A stretch of 64,000 bases of DNA from Corallochytrium limacisporum Hawaii (GCA_002811645.1 PDIP01000035.1:250024-314023); one strand, 5' to 3'; shown: positions 21,612 through 33,554, counted from the stretch's first letter. A program made the numbers and translations. The notes: generated by a model not told the origin, from the sequence alone.

Positions 21612-23022
21612 TGTCCTATGGCTTCGCAAACAATGGGCCTTTGATGTTTGGGTCGTACCAGCTTAGTTCTGGTGCTTCACCCTTGCATGTCTTGATTTAT
21701 TTAGGTACCCGTCTTTGATACGCACGCAAAGAGCCAATTGTAACGGTCTCCACCCCCGAGCTACACTTTGTACCTTCAGCCACTTTGTAGATCCACGTCC
21801 TGAGCTATGTCCAAGCATTTCGGAGATTCATGTGGGCGTATATTCATTCCCCCTACCGCACGAACTCGTTTCGGGCTATGCGGGTTGATATTTTTTTTTC
21901 ACCCCTTTGTTCAGTCGTTTCGTATTGGGGATGAATGGACCCAGGTGAAGAAGTGTGAAAGGAGGGGCGGGGATTAAGGTGCCGTGGGGGGGGGATGGGA
22001 GGTCCCTCCTACGGGAGGCGTTGACCACCTCACCATAGCAGTCAACCCGTACGCTCATTGGCTAGAGGGACTACCCCTCCCCCCCCCTTTTCCTCCCCCC
22101 TGTAGAGAACCCCTTCCGCTTTTCTCCTTCTGACCCCCGCCCGACTCCTGAGACCGAACGTGTTTGAACCTCTCTGACCCGCGCCCCTCTCCCCCCCAGA
22201 GATTATCTCTGTGCGTGTTGCGAAGACCGCAGTTAGCAACAATCGAAGCGAGTTTTGGAAGGCAGAATAGAAACGGGCCGCCGCGCCCCGTCGGAAGGGG
22301 GGGGGGGAACCGAAGGGAAAGGAAGGTACGACACGACAACGCAACGCAGCAACTGATGATGGAATACCTTGCAAAGTTCACCGGTCATTGTTGCCAACAC
22401 CACGGGACCAGATGTACACTGTGAAACCAGTATCATTGACACCTAATACCCTCTTTTCCGCATCACCTTCGGCCAGTATCAAGCACTGAGAACGACGCAA
22501 ATGCGTAAATCAAATTACCCCAAAGTGTCTCTATCAGCACCACGCATGGCAATTTGATAGTAGATGAACTCAGATTCAATGGAAAATTCAACCTGGGTCC
22601 CATGCCTCTGTTGAATAATCATAGGTGCAATGGAGAAAGTACCATTATCAAGTGACGGAGAGAATTGGCTTTGCTAAGATCTGCCTGCACGCGTTGTCAA
22701 AGACCAGTCGGAGCTAGTCTTATCAAGCACTTCTTAACAGTATCCAAATTTTTGGGCTACTGTATCGTTTGGGACACCCTGGACTTTGCTTTTTTGGTGT
22801 ATCAGTACGGATTGAGCTATTTGACATCAACTTCAACCGTAGTTATTTCGTCGTCAGGCAAAGTGGCAACATAATGTAATCGAAGTAGGTAGTGAAGGGT
22901 ACATGACGAGCATTCTAAGTGCGAGTAAGTTCTCGGAGAGTATTGGTTGTCCCAATTGGGAAGTGTAAGAGAACCGTCAAATAAACACAGCATTAGAGCC
23001 ATCAAAGATCCACCTGTAGACG

Positions 23023-25302
23023 ATGGGTAGTGAGTGTCTCCAGGCCTGGGTAGACGGGATCACAAGTATCGAAGACGACCGGCCCGATGATGCCCTCACC
23101 TGCTTCCTAACGGCATCTCGGAATGGTGGTGCCCGTTTACTGTACAACATGGGACTGGTGTTCCAGATACATGAACTTTATGACCAGGCGGAAGATACGT
23201 TCAAGACCGCGCGAATGCAGGACCGGTACCTGGCCATTGCCTATGTTGGTGAAGGGTTGGCGCTTCTACGGAAACATAGCCCAGGGCAACACGGCGCCCA
23301 GAACGCCCTCACTGCTGCTCAGTGTTTCGAGCAGGCGATGGCGGCCATGCGTGGCACATTGTTCATTGACTATACACAATTGGGTCTCGGGGTGCGCTTG
23401 TTTGCATGTGAGGTACTCTGGAACTGTGCCATAGCCAACGCCCGGGCCGGACAGTTTGAGCGCTGTGCTCAGGTCCTCGAAGCAGCGGTGATGCAATTGC
23501 CGCAGGCTGTAGCTGACCAGTACCAATTGATCAGTCAATGGAACAGCCATGTGAGTGGATCTCGGGGTAACGAAGGTGCGCAGGACCTGGCGAATCTCGG
23601 TGATGATTCTCTATATGGTTTAGACCGTACGAAATTCTTCCAACCGAATCCAGAGAAGGTCAAGAACATCCCGAAGCGGCACTTCATTACGGGAAAAAGT
23701 AAAGTCGTGCACGCGAGCCGGATGAGCGACAGATGGGCCGGGTTCAGCGCTCGCAATCCTAATTCAAGGGAAATGGAAGAGCCATCGGGTCCCAAGATTG
23801 AGCACTTGCACATCGACCAGGCGACTACGGCAGTCGGCGGTATTGCTGGCATTCCGCCACCCGGAGCAGGCCTCCCGGGGTCAGAAACCACGGGCACAGA
23901 CCAGGGCGGATGCTACCATGAACAGGAAGCGAAGCTGGGAGCAGTGAAAAAACCGCAATTCACGAGCATTCCAAGCCTCAGTTCTGCGGCAAGATCACAG
24001 CAGATTGCTCCAGCCATGCCACCGCCACCCATGGCACAGCCCTTGGCTGCTCCGATGATGCAGCCGCCAACACCAGAGTCTGTGCACAGTGTGCCCGTTG
24101 CCACACCGAAGAAGAAAATGTCTCCTGCGGAGCTGCAGGCCAGACTCCGTGCCAAACAAGATCGCACCAAAGAGACCCCTTCGGCGTACGGTAGCGTAAG
24201 TGGTGGCAAGACGGGTCGGGTAGTGTTCGGTGGCAGCGCTGGTACCGGCATTTACGGCAGTACGGCCTCCATTAGGTCGACTTCTAGTAGTACCCTAATG
24301 GCCACTCCAAGCCATGACCTGGCCACTGTACCCTCTGTCGGAAGTGCCAAGTCTATTCCTCCACCGGTGGCATCGTCTATGCCTCTACCACCACCACCGC
24401 AACCGACTAATGCACCCACACCTCCCCTGCCACCGGCTCCACTTGCTTCTGCCGCGCCACCGGCGCCACCCGTGTCACAGAAACCTGCAGTGAACTCTGC
24501 CAACAATCAGCACGAGCGGGTCGCGTCCGTCATTGCTGAGCGAAGCCCGCCACCGAAGCGACCGAATTTGCCAACCCGACCATCTCCCCCTGCGGCGTTC
24601 ACAACCTCTAATCCCGCGCTCAGCGGCTTCAAGCGGTCGTCTGGTGACGAAGACGACGATACAGGGCCACCGAAGCCGCTTCTGCCCTCTCAGATCAAGG
24701 CGCAGCAGCGCAGTTTGAATTCCTCGCGAGAGTCCGTGGGATCCGTAGGATCTGATGAGCTGAAGGAGCCGACCCTAGCGGCTAAGAAGTCCTTCCATCC
24801 CCGGGGAGAAAGCGACAGCACTATCTACGAGGAAATGGATGCTGTGGTCACCAAGTCAAGCACATCGAGTTCTACGTCGGGCCCTGTGCTGAAGTTGCCA
24901 CCGCCGCGTTCTTCATCCGCGGCCACAGCGCTAACCAAGCTACCGCCACCACCGCCCCTGTGCGGTACGCCACCTGCTGTCCCTGAGACGAGCAACAAGC
25001 CGATTACGGACACGCAGGATTCGCTCTCCATGCACAGTGTGCAAAGTGAGGAAAACTCTTCAGGATCGACGAAATACCGCATCAAGGTCAAGAAGGAAGG
25101 TGGCGGTGTCAAGGTTTGTGCTGTATCCGCGGCTTTGCCATGGGTCGAAGTACAAGCCATCTTGCTAAAGAAGTTTGGATTGAGTTCGGGCACTTTCTCG
25201 TTCATGGACGAAGACGATGAAGTTGAAGTTGAGGACCATGGTGACTACGAGTATGCTGTGGAGTCCATGGGCAACAAGTTGCTCTTCACCCTAAAGAATT
25301 GA
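23023..25302 (+). CDS. NOXR: NADPH oxidase regulator NoxR / p67phox-like (TPR + activation domain + Pro-rich + PB1)
   Basis: DRYLAIAY and MRGTLFIDYTQLGLGVRLFACEVLWN match the p67phox TPR region; FQPNPEKVKNI..FITGKSKVVHA resembles the activation domain; C-terminal PB1 (RIKVK...FMDEDDEVEVEDHGDY). Confidence 0.85.
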   Translation: MGSECLQAWVDGITSIEDDRPDDALTCFLTASRNGGARLLYNMGLVFQIHELYDQAEDTFKTARMQDRYLAIAYVGEGLALLRKHSPGQHGAQNALTAAQCFEQAMAAMRGTLFIDYTQLGLGVRLFACEVLWNCAIANARAGQFERCAQVLEAAVMQLPQAVADQYQLISQWNSHVSGSRGNEGAQDLANLGDDSLYGLDRTKFFQPNPEKVKNIPKRHFITGKSKVVHASRMSDRWAGFSARNPNSREMEEPSGPKIEHLHIDQATTAVGGIAGIPPPGAGLPGSETTGTDQGGCYHEQEAKLGAVKKPQFTSIPSLSSAARSQQIAPAMPPPPMAQPLAAPMMQPPTPESVHSVPVATPKKKMSPAELQARLRAKQDRTKETPSAYGSVSGGKTGRVVFGGSAGTGIYGSTASIRSTSSSTLMATPSHDLATVPSVGSAKSIPPPVASSMPLPPPPQPTNAPTPPLPPAPLASAAPPAPPVSQKPAVNSANNQHERVASVIAERSPPPKRPNLPTRPSPPAAFTTSNPALSGFKRSSGDEDDDTGPPKPLLPSQIKAQQRSLNSSRESVGSVGSDELKEPTLAAKKSFHPRGESDSTIYEEMDAVVTKSSTSSSTSGPVLKLPPPRSSSAATALTKLPPPPPLCGTPPAVPETSNKPITDTQDSLSMHSVQSEENSSGSTKYRIKVKKEGGGVKVCAVSAALPWVEVQAILLKKFGLSSGTFSFMDEDDEVEVEDHGDYEYAVESMGNKLLFTLKN

Positions 25303-25386
25303 GGACTGGAGGTGGTTTTGCTCTTTATCGATTGTTTGCTCTGACAATATAATGCTACTTCTGTGTGTATCCCTTGGGGCAGTGGA

Positions 25387-26595
25387 TCATGTGGACTCTT
25401 GGAACAGGTTGTGCCAGATAGTAATTGACTGAGATTTGCCGCCCACAACCAGGGCCTTTCCTTCGTATGCCGCACAGGCGATGCCTCTCCCACCGTGGAA
25501 GTCCAACGTGGCCAAATGGTGGTGCTTCACCGATGCTGGTCCAGCCAGCAGCACTTTGCGACTGTAGACGCGCACCTTGCCATGCCAATCTCCGACCGCG
25601 AACGCACGTCCATCGGCCCGGGCCGCCATCGCACCCACACCAACCTGACCCGCCGCGGCGGGTAGAGAAATGGCTGTGTTGGGCTTGAAGCTGAAATTGC
25701 CGACTGCATCGGTGACGGAGAGGTTGTGGCAAAAGAAAGCATTGGTTGGAGGGCTGCTGCCAGCAGTCGAGCTGTCTATATCTTTCACGGGAGGAGCACC
25801 TCCGCACAGCAAATACGCAGAGTCTGGCTTCTTCGACGCCCGCAAGACAGCCAGGGCAGTACATGCACTACAGGTCGGCACTCCGTGCACCACTGCTAGT
25901 GGCTCTGTTCCTTTTCGCACGTCCCAGATCGCTACGTGCCCACTTTCAAAGCCGGCCAAAAGCAGATATGGCTTCCACTGTGTGAGCACCATGGGCATGC
26001 CCAACTCCTTCACGTTTGCGTCCGATCCTGATGATGTTCTTTCTAGAGGTGGTAGGTCCAAGTGGCTCACCTCCTGCAGTGTATTTCCTCGCGTTGACAG
26101 GACTGCTATCTTAGCGCCATCATTGACAGACGCGATGATATCCTTCGAAGATGCATCATCGCCCTCCTGCGCAACGGCCACTGCTCCACAGAATCCTGGG
26201 AGACCAAAATTCCCCTCAGTGATCACGGCCAAGTCCCGCTCAATGTCATGCAGGGCCAGCCTGCCGTCTTTACAATGGCGGAAACATTGATTGTTTGTGG
26301 TCCATCCTACTCCAAGAACGCCATGGCGCATGTCCTCGGACCCATCATCCGTGGTGACATCTACATCGGGTGCTTGCCACAGCAGTTTCGCACGAGCGAT
26401 GGTGGGTGACCAGAGGCACAGGGTCCCGACGCTGGTGCCACTGATCAAGTGTCTACGGAGCCCTTGGACCAGACCTTCTGAACCCCAGGTCTCTAGCTCT
26501 TCGCCACCGAAAGCAAGACACTGCTGGGCTCCGCCAACCCCCCGCAGTACGACGTCCGGGGGTGGCGGCGGTGGCAACCCAGATCCCGGCGCCAT
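25387..26595 (-). CDS. GNB1L: GNB1L/Asa1-like WD40 protein
   Basis: N-terminal PPPPPDVVLRG; LLLAGFESGHVAIWDV; RADGRAFAVGDWHGKVRVYS..LATLDFH; GGKSQSITIW. Confidence 0.8.
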   Translation of the reverse strand: MAPGSGLPPPPPPDVVLRGVGGAQQCLAFGGEELETWGSEGLVQGLRRHLISGTSVGTLCLWSPTIARAKLLWQAPDVDVTTDDGSEDMRHGVLGVGWTTNNQCFRHCKDGRLALHDIERDLAVITEGNFGLPGFCGAVAVAQEGDDASSKDIIASVNDGAKIAVLSTRGNTLQEVSHLDLPPLERTSSGSDANVKELGMPMVLTQWKPYLLLAGFESGHVAIWDVRKGTEPLAVVHGVPTCSACTALAVLRASKKPDSAYLLCGGAPPVKDIDSSTAGSSPPTNAFFCHNLSVTDAVGNFSFKPNTAISLPAAAGQVGVGAMAARADGRAFAVGDWHGKVRVYSRKVLLAGPASVKHHHLATLDFHGGRGIACAAYEGKALVVGGKSQSITIWHNLFQEST

Positions 26596-27318
26596 ATTAC
26601 ATCACTTTGTATTAATTATCTTCTTTATGTGTGACCTTGACATCGTGTATATGGTCTACTTGGTTCTTTAGATCTTTCGCTGATGAACCGGCATATAAAG
26701 ACACCGGTCCTAAACAGGCACACTGGTCCGAAATACCCAGCCCCGGTGATGGGTCTCCACCACCCTCTCCCCCACACCCCCTTCACCACGGGCCCTGGGT
26801 TGGGGTTGGTGAGAAGGGGAGGGGGCGCTCTCCAACGCGCGCCGAAACAGGTCGCTCCCGGTGTTTTGGCTTTTTGGGTTCCACTGTCCAGCGTTCACAC
26901 TCTCTTTTCCTGGTGGATGGGGAGAGGTCCAAAGGGCCAGGGGTTCCGCCAGCTCCTGGGCGAGAGAGATTTCTTCGTGAAGAAGGCAAGGACTGACTGG
27001 CGGGAGAGGCCCCCGGGGCAGGGAATGGCAGTTGAAAAAGGGAGGGGGGGGGGAGGGGGTCGTGGTTCAAGTCCAGACGGATTGCACGCAAAAATCCAAA
27101 ACAAAGACCCCTGGAGCAAGAGAGAACCACGGAAAAACCGGGGCGCAGCGATTGAACCGCCCAGCTGTCAATGCGAAAGTGAATGTATCGCTTGTGTACA
27201 TATCTTTGGCTTTGTAGATGAACGGGTAGTTCAGAAAACACATGAATATGGTCGTGTGGAACCCGCGTGCAATTCATAGTCACTAGGGGTGTTAAGAAAT
27301 CACTACACTAGTTTCACA

Positions 27319-28650
27319 ATGGCAGACGACGCCATACTCATTCAAAAGGAGGATTACTCCAAGCAATGTGATGAAGATCTGCCAAAATTTGAGCAGCAGG
27401 CAGCCAATGGAGATGCTCAGGGAGCCCTGGACGCACTGCTGTCCTTCGAAAAGAAATGTCGCAATGGCGGAGATACACACTCCGTGTCGCGGGTGATGCT
27501 CAGCGTTGTCAAAGTCGCTTACCAGAGCGGAGGACTCACGAAAGTAGCAGACTATGTAACTCTCTTGACCAAGAAGCGCGGTCAAATTAAGCAAAGTGTT
27601 AGCAAAATGATGGATGAGGCTGTTCGTCTCGTTGACGAGGCCAAGACAGAGGAGGATAGGATGAAGTACATTGAAAGCCTCCGTAGCATTACCGAGGGTA
27701 AAATCCATGTCGAGATTCAGTACGCTCACCTCACAAAGTTTCTTAGTCGTATGTATGAAGCCAAAGGGGATATGCCTAAGGCAGCAGACATCCTCCAAGA
27801 GGCTCAGGTGGAGACTCTGGGTTCCATGGACCGAAAAGAAAAGGCTGAATTTATTCTGGACCAAATGCGCCTCTGCCTGGCGAATGCAGATGTAATTCGC
27901 GCTGGTATTATTGCCAAGAAGATCACTAAGGGTTTCTTTGAGAAGGAAGACTACGAGGATCTGCGAATCACATACTACAACTACATGATTGAGCTGGCTC
28001 TGCACGATGAAAAATATCTGGAAGCCTGCCAATACTTCCGCAGTATCTTCCTGACCAACAAGATCTACGAGTCTGAAAACGACTGGCAACTGCCTCTGAA
28101 GATGACTGTGTTCTATCTCATCCTCACTCCCCGCCGTGTCCTGCTTGATAACGACCAGTTGGACTTGTACCATCTGGTTCGGGCAGAGAAGAAGCTTGAC
28201 GACCTCGAGACCTTCAGCAAGTTGCTGAACATTTTCATGAAGAAGGATATTATTCTGTGGGACGACTTTATGTCTGGATACGGTGAGGACCTTGCCAAAT
28301 TGAATGTGCCAAACGCTGAGAAGCGTATGGAAGTTCTGCAGCGTCGTCTGCGAGAGCACAATATTATTATTCTTGCCGAGTACTACCAGCGCATCCGCCT
28401 GAAACGGGCCGCGCTCCTGTTGCAAATGGACGAACTGGCTTGCGAGAAACTGATTGCCGACTGTGTCGTCGACAAGACCATCTGGGCTCGAATTGACCGC
28501 CCTGCCGGGGTGGTGAACTTTGTCAAGGCGAAGAATCCTGACGAGGCCCTGGAAGAATGGAGCGAGCGCGTCAAGGAACTCATGCGCCTGCTAAACAAGA
28601 CCACACACCTTATCCGCAAGGAAGAGATGGTTAACGAGGCCATGGCATGA
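27319..28650 (+). CDS. PSMD12: 26S proteasome lid subunit Rpn5 (PCI domain)
   Basis: EKKCRNGGD, KKRGQIKQ, TEGKIHVE, QVETLGSMDRKEK.EFILDQMRL, EHNI..LAEYY, ARIDRPAGVVNF, HLIRKEEM; ATG 27319. Confidence 0.96.
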   Translation: MADDAILIQKEDYSKQCDEDLPKFEQQAANGDAQGALDALLSFEKKCRNGGDTHSVSRVMLSVVKVAYQSGGLTKVADYVTLLTKKRGQIKQSVSKMMDEAVRLVDEAKTEEDRMKYIESLRSITEGKIHVEIQYAHLTKFLSRMYEAKGDMPKAADILQEAQVETLGSMDRKEKAEFILDQMRLCLANADVIRAGIIAKKITKGFFEKEDYEDLRITYYNYMIELALHDEKYLEACQYFRSIFLTNKIYESENDWQLPLKMTVFYLILTPRRVLLDNDQLDLYHLVRAEKKLDDLETFSKLLNIFMKKDIILWDDFMSGYGEDLAKLNVPNAEKRMEVLQRRLREHNIIILAEYYQRIRLKRAALLLQMDELACEKLIADCVVDKTIWARIDRPAGVVNFVKAKNPDEALEEWSERVKELMRLLNKTTHLIRKEEMVNEAMA

Positions 28651-28796
28651 AATTATTGACCGTGCCAAAAGAGAAATAAATGAAAATTAATGCTAGTAAC
28701 CACACCGGATAAACATTGACATGACACATGTTCTACAAATGCTTGCCATGACATGACTGTTTTGAACATTGTAATGATTTAGTGGCTGGCGGGAAT

Positions 28797-30233
28797 CTAT
28801 GCGGCATATGCTTCGCTTTCTATCTGCTCAATACGCATCTTGAGTTTCATACACTCTTCAATCTGACTCTGCAGTGTCTCCTGGAGTGCCTGTTTCTCAT
28901 CCTCGACATCGCCCAGGCGATCCCGAAGCATTTTGAGGGCGGCACTTTGCTCGCGTTCCCCCCCGCCTTCTCCCAGAACGGATTGCAATGTCGAAATCTG
29001 CTCATCTTTCGTCTTTATCTCCATTTCAAGGTCCACTAGGCGCTCGGTGCGGCTTCGCATGACCTCAATCTCCTTGTTCTTTTCGTACAAGGAATTCTCA
29101 GCCGCAGAAATTTTCTTGAGGTACTCTTCGATTTCGTCGTCCAATACCTGGCCAACTCGCCTCTGCTCCGCTTCCATGTGCTCATTATGCATGACAAGGT
29201 CACGTTTAGATTGACGAGTGCTCTCCAAAATCTCACGCAAGTAATGCAGCTCCGCTTGTTGGGCCGGGGTGAGGTTCGGATTCTGCAAGGGGTTGAAGCT
29301 CTGGCCCCGCTCGCTGCCGGACTTCCTGCGCTCTGCATCCAAGTTGCGAATTGCCATGGGGGTCTGACCGGCTCGGTCGGCGAGCTCGTCAATCTGCTTT
29401 TGCAAATCCTCGTTGGCATTCTTCAGAGCGACATTCTTAGCCTTGACACTCCGAATCTTCTCCCGATATCGCTCACTGTCGCGCACGAGACTGTCCTGAA
29501 CCTTGGCCGTAATCTCTGCCTCCGCCTTCCACTGCTTCTGCACGTCCTCAAGCTGCTTCTCCAAACCTTCTATGATCTTTTTCAATTCTTCAGTGCCACG
29601 GGTCGCTTCTGTAATCTGTTTGTCCTTCTCCTGTATGCTGGCTTCCAAGGCAACCTTGCTGTCCAACAGTTCTTTTTGTGTTACCGCGCTCCGGTCCTCC
29701 ATTTCGTCCATGATAAGAAGCAACTGGTTGATATGACGCTGCTCAGTCCGCAGAACCACAATGTTTCGATCAAGTTTATCAACCTCCTGTTTTACACTAA
29801 CTTTCTGTGCCTCGTTCTGCGCGGCCACGCGGGACATAGACTGCAGTTGATAGCGCACGGCGCTCTTGTTGTTGGAATCCTCCTGGTTCTCAGCTAACCG
29901 CTTCTCCAACTTTTTCCGGCGCTGTTCCGGTTTGGACTTGATAATCAGCTCAAGTGCTTCAAAAGACGCCTCGAAGAGCTGTTCCATGTTTTGCCGTTCC
30001 CGTGCTCCCAGGGGCCCCCGCGGTGACTGGTGTTCCAAGTTGCTGAGCAACGAGCTTAAGTTTGCCGAAGAAGTTCTAGTGGTCGTTTGGGCCTTAAATC
30101 CACCGCTACCCATGCTGTCATTTCTACTGAGCGCCTTACCATTTTCCGGGGGCATGAAACTGTCTCCCTCTGGGACTTTACCGTCCTCGTCGTGGGATTT
30201 GGCTCCCTTCGAAAGGTTGCGAAACCGCTTCAT
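28797..30233 (-). CDS. Uncharacterised long coiled-coil protein
   Basis: 478-aa ATG-initiated ORF, E/K/Q/L-rich with heptad character; family not recognised. Confidence 0.8.
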   Translation of the reverse strand: MKRFRNLSKGAKSHDEDGKVPEGDSFMPPENGKALSRNDSMGSGGFKAQTTTRTSSANLSSLLSNLEHQSPRGPLGARERQNMEQLFEASFEALELIIKSKPEQRRKKLEKRLAENQEDSNNKSAVRYQLQSMSRVAAQNEAQKVSVKQEVDKLDRNIVVLRTEQRHINQLLLIMDEMEDRSAVTQKELLDSKVALEASIQEKDKQITEATRGTEELKKIIEGLEKQLEDVQKQWKAEAEITAKVQDSLVRDSERYREKIRSVKAKNVALKNANEDLQKQIDELADRAGQTPMAIRNLDAERRKSGSERGQSFNPLQNPNLTPAQQAELHYLREILESTRQSKRDLVMHNEHMEAEQRRVGQVLDDEIEEYLKKISAAENSLYEKNKEIEVMRSRTERLVDLEMEIKTKDEQISTLQSVLGEGGGEREQSAALKMLRDRLGDVEDEKQALQETLQSQIEECMKLKMRIEQIESEAYAA

Positions 30234-30620
30234 GTTGCTTGGTATGTGCCGGGTATTCTAGGGTAGACTGCTACCGTGCTCTTAAATTCTGTGAGTTGGA
30301 ACCTTCTTTAAGATTCGTGCCATAGTTTTGCTCAATGTTCTCTTGTCATGCTCCCCAAGATCGAACCAACCTCTCTTGGCCTGTGGCCGCTTCCTGACAC
30401 TATCAGTGTTCTCGTCTATCAGAAACTTCACTCACATGCAATTTAACTACCCAGCATATTCATTGCACCTGGCTGCATCAATTTTCTCTGTTTGTCACGA
30501 AAATCTAAACACAGATTGAGAAACCGACTCCTCAATGGCAAACGCAGCACCTGACCCTTTTCCCTGTACATTGCCTATGCCCCCCTCTAGGCCGCCAACC
30601 CCCAATTCTCTCCCCCCCCC

Positions 30621-30803
30621 NNNNNNNNNNNNNNNNNNNNNNNNNNNNNNNNNNNNNNNNNNNNNNNNNNNNNNNNNNNNNNNNNNNNNNNNNNNNNNNN
30701 NNNNNNNNNNNNNNNNNNNNNNNNNNNNNNNNNNNNNNNNNNNNNNNNNNNNNNNNNNNNNNNNNNNNNNNNNNNNNNNNNNNNNNNNNNNNNNNNNNNN
30801 NNN
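30621..30803. other. Assembly gap (N run)
   Basis: Ns flanked by poly-C on both sides. Confidence 1.
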
Positions 30804-31627
30804 NCCCCCCCCCTTTGTATCACAACGAGGAAAATCGCCCTGCCCGCCATTACTAGGGTTTCCTGGTATGGGAGACCAAGCCAACAGGAAAAACAAAGGA
30901 AAAGAAGAGAAAAGAGGGAAAAAAAAAAAGGAGCAAGGGAGACACAGAGACAACAGAGAGAACGCGAGAGAGAGAGAGAGAGAAGCACGACTCCGAACGC
31001 ACCGGTCCCGTTCCTTCCCCGCGGGCCCACCCCCCCGGGGGGCCATTTCCGGAGCCAATGAAAAGGGAACCCCTGGCATCCCTTTGTGATGAAATGAAAA
31101 AAAATGATGCGTGGGCACCCAAATTTATATAAGAAATCGGTATATATTATCATTGTCAATATATACTACTATTTAATGATTTGTCTCAACCCATTTGTTG
31201 TTTATTTAAATCTATCCGTATATTAAAATTAGCACTTGTTTTGCCTAGTGCCGCCGACCATTACCGCAGTGGTAGTCTTCTCCGAGTCCCACCACCGCAG
31301 GTAAGGGCCACCACCAACCTCCCTTTAACCCCCCCGCCCCTTTCCCTCCTTCTCCTTTCTCCTCCTTCTCTTTGGGACTTTTTGCATTTGTCATGCGAAT
31401 TCTCCTGATGGTCCGATGCAAGACACGTTTTGGTCGTTTGCAGGGGGGAAGATTGGGTAGAGGCGGTGGTGGTGTTAGGTGTATTCGGACTCTCCCTCCC
31501 CCTTCCGGTTTGGTGGGGGTGGTGGTCTCGGTCTCTCCGTTTCTTTCTTCTTTATTCTATTCCTTGTTCCGGTTCTCTATCGCGTACGTACACAACACCT
31601 CAGTCTCTCTCTCTGTCTCTGTCTCTG

Positions 31628-31631
<4 letters not shown>

Positions 31632-31680
<49 letters not shown>
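31632..31680. repeat. (CA)n microsatellite
   Basis: About 24 CA units. Confidence 0.97.
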
Positions 31681-31682
<2 letters not shown>

Positions 31683-32269
31683 CCTGTCTCCCCGGCGGAG
31701 GAGGAAAGGACTCCCCCCTGGCTCTCACTCGCAAGCACTTTTCGGTCTGCTCGGAAGGGGGCCGTACCACTTTTCTTCCGTCTCCCCCCCGGGCCGTGTG
31801 CCAAAGGCGAGCGAGACCGAAGGGGAGGAGGGGGGGGCCGGGGAGCGTCTGGCTTTTTCGTTTTCTACTCGGAGGTCTTCGTCTCCAGTGATTTGACTAT
31901 TGGGGGTGGGGGCGGAAAAGCCCTGGCCAGCAAAACGGGAGTCCGTTATGACAAGGAAGGGCGCCACACAGAGGGCAGAGGGGGTGGGGGGGCGCGATGT
32001 GTGAGCAGGACCACATCACGGTAATCTCCACGCAGACAGTACGTGCTCGTATTTCAACCACAAGGGAGAAGGCAGAGTTGCTGATAAACTTTTCGTGCAG
32101 AGCATGAATATTTTTTTCTTTTCAAATTTGAGTCGACTCGACCGATTGGGCAGAAAAAGGAGATCTTGGGGCAAGAAAGAATTAGATTTCGTGATAGACT
32201 TTCCACAATGTAAGAGACAACACGGAAATTGCTTTCACAACCACTTAACTCTAAGGAAAATAGAAGACA

Positions 32270-33157
32270 ATGTCCGCAAATACCGCTATACCGCAGCAGC
32301 CACCAGCGCCCAGCGCTGGGCCCGAGGGATCTTCGCCAGAGGACGACCAGATTGCACACTACGTTCTCATGCTCACACGGATTGAGGAACGTGAAACGGC
32401 ATTACTGGAGCTTAGCAAAAAGAGGGAGTCAACACCGGACCTGGCTCTGATACTTTGGCATTCTTATGGAACAATGATGGCATTGCTTCAGGAAATAACT
32501 GCCATTTATCCGTCATTGAACCCTCCCAACTTGACAGCACATGCGAGCAATCGGGCATGCAACACTCTCGCACTCCTGCAGTGCGTGGCCAGCCACCAGG
32601 ATACACGATCTCTGTTCCTGAGAGCAAACATTGCTCTGTATCTGTATCCCTTTTTGAGCACAGATTCCAGCACTCGGCCGTTTGAATACCTCCGACTGAC
32701 TTCGCTCGGGGTCATTGGCGCGCTGGTCAAGACCGATGACCCAGAGATTATCACTTTCCTCTTGCATACGGAGATAATTCCCCTGTGTTTGAAGATCATG
32801 GAACATGGCACAGAATTGAGTAAAACGGTGGCCACCTTCATCGTACAGAAGATTCTTCTCGACGATAATGGTCTGCAGTACATTTGCGCCAAGTACGAGC
32901 GCTTCTTCTACGTCGTGACTGTGCTCGGCGACATGGTCGTGTCCCTGAGAGATTCGCCATCCCCGCGCCTGCTGAAGCATATTGTGCGCTGCTACCTGCG
33001 CCTTGCAGAGCACATGAAGGCAAAGGAAGCACTGCGTCATTTTTTGCCGGAACCCTTGAAGGATGGCACATTCAACGATATGCTCAAGGACGACCCCAAC
33101 ACCAAGCGTTGGCTGGCGAATCTGTTGTACACTCTAGACCCCAGCAACCAACAGTGA
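32270..33157 (+). CDS. CNOT9: CCR4-NOT subunit 9 (Rcd1/Caf40)
   Basis: [86 protein letters not shown]. Confidence 0.98.
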   Translation: MSANTAIPQQPPAPSAGPEGSSPEDDQIAHYVLMLTRIEERETALLELSKKRESTPDLALILWHSYGTMMALLQEITAIYPSLNPPNLTAHASNRACNTLALLQCVASHQDTRSLFLRANIALYLYPFLSTDSSTRPFEYLRLTSLGVIGALVKTDDPEIITFLLHTEIIPLCLKIMEHGTELSKTVATFIVQKILLDDNGLQYICAKYERFFYVVTVLGDMVVSLRDSPSPRLLKHIVRCYLRLAEHMKAKEALRHFLPEPLKDGTFNDMLKDDPNTKRWLANLLYTLDPSNQQ

Positions 33158-33516
33158 TACGGAATCAGGTCGTACACTAAAGCATAGTCCTGTCCGTTTG
33201 ACAATTTACTTACGCACCATCCATCATCTCCTTCAAGAACTTTCCATCTTAGTCGTTTTGCTTGAACACTGGTTTACAAGCGATGTCCTTTTTAACATTC
33301 CATCATTGCAGTAGTGAATAAAGGCCCACACACAATCGGGTTCTGAACTAACACTTATTTTTATGATCCAACAAGATGAAAACGTTTATGTTATGTACTA
33401 TGGCATGTCAAGAAAATTATGTTGATGTGGTATGTGATGGTGAACGAAAAACTAAACCAAAAAGATAAAGAGGCGTGACACTCAATAGTGTCAAAGGGTG
33501 AGCGCGCAAGCGCGCG

Positions 33517-33518
<2 letters not shown>

Positions 33519-33551
<33 letters not shown>
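33519..33551. repeat. (TG)n microsatellite preceded by (GC)n
   Basis: gcgcgcaagcgcgcgcatg followed by TG repeats. Confidence 0.95.

Positions 33552-33554
<3 letters not shown>

Noticed and set aside
27292-28425. 377-aa antisense ORF over PSMD12 (and similar shadow ORFs over ValRS, Hsp104, CNOT9, NF-YA and HD-PTP)
   Set aside because: Expected by-product of codon bias in the sense gene; no recognisable motifs
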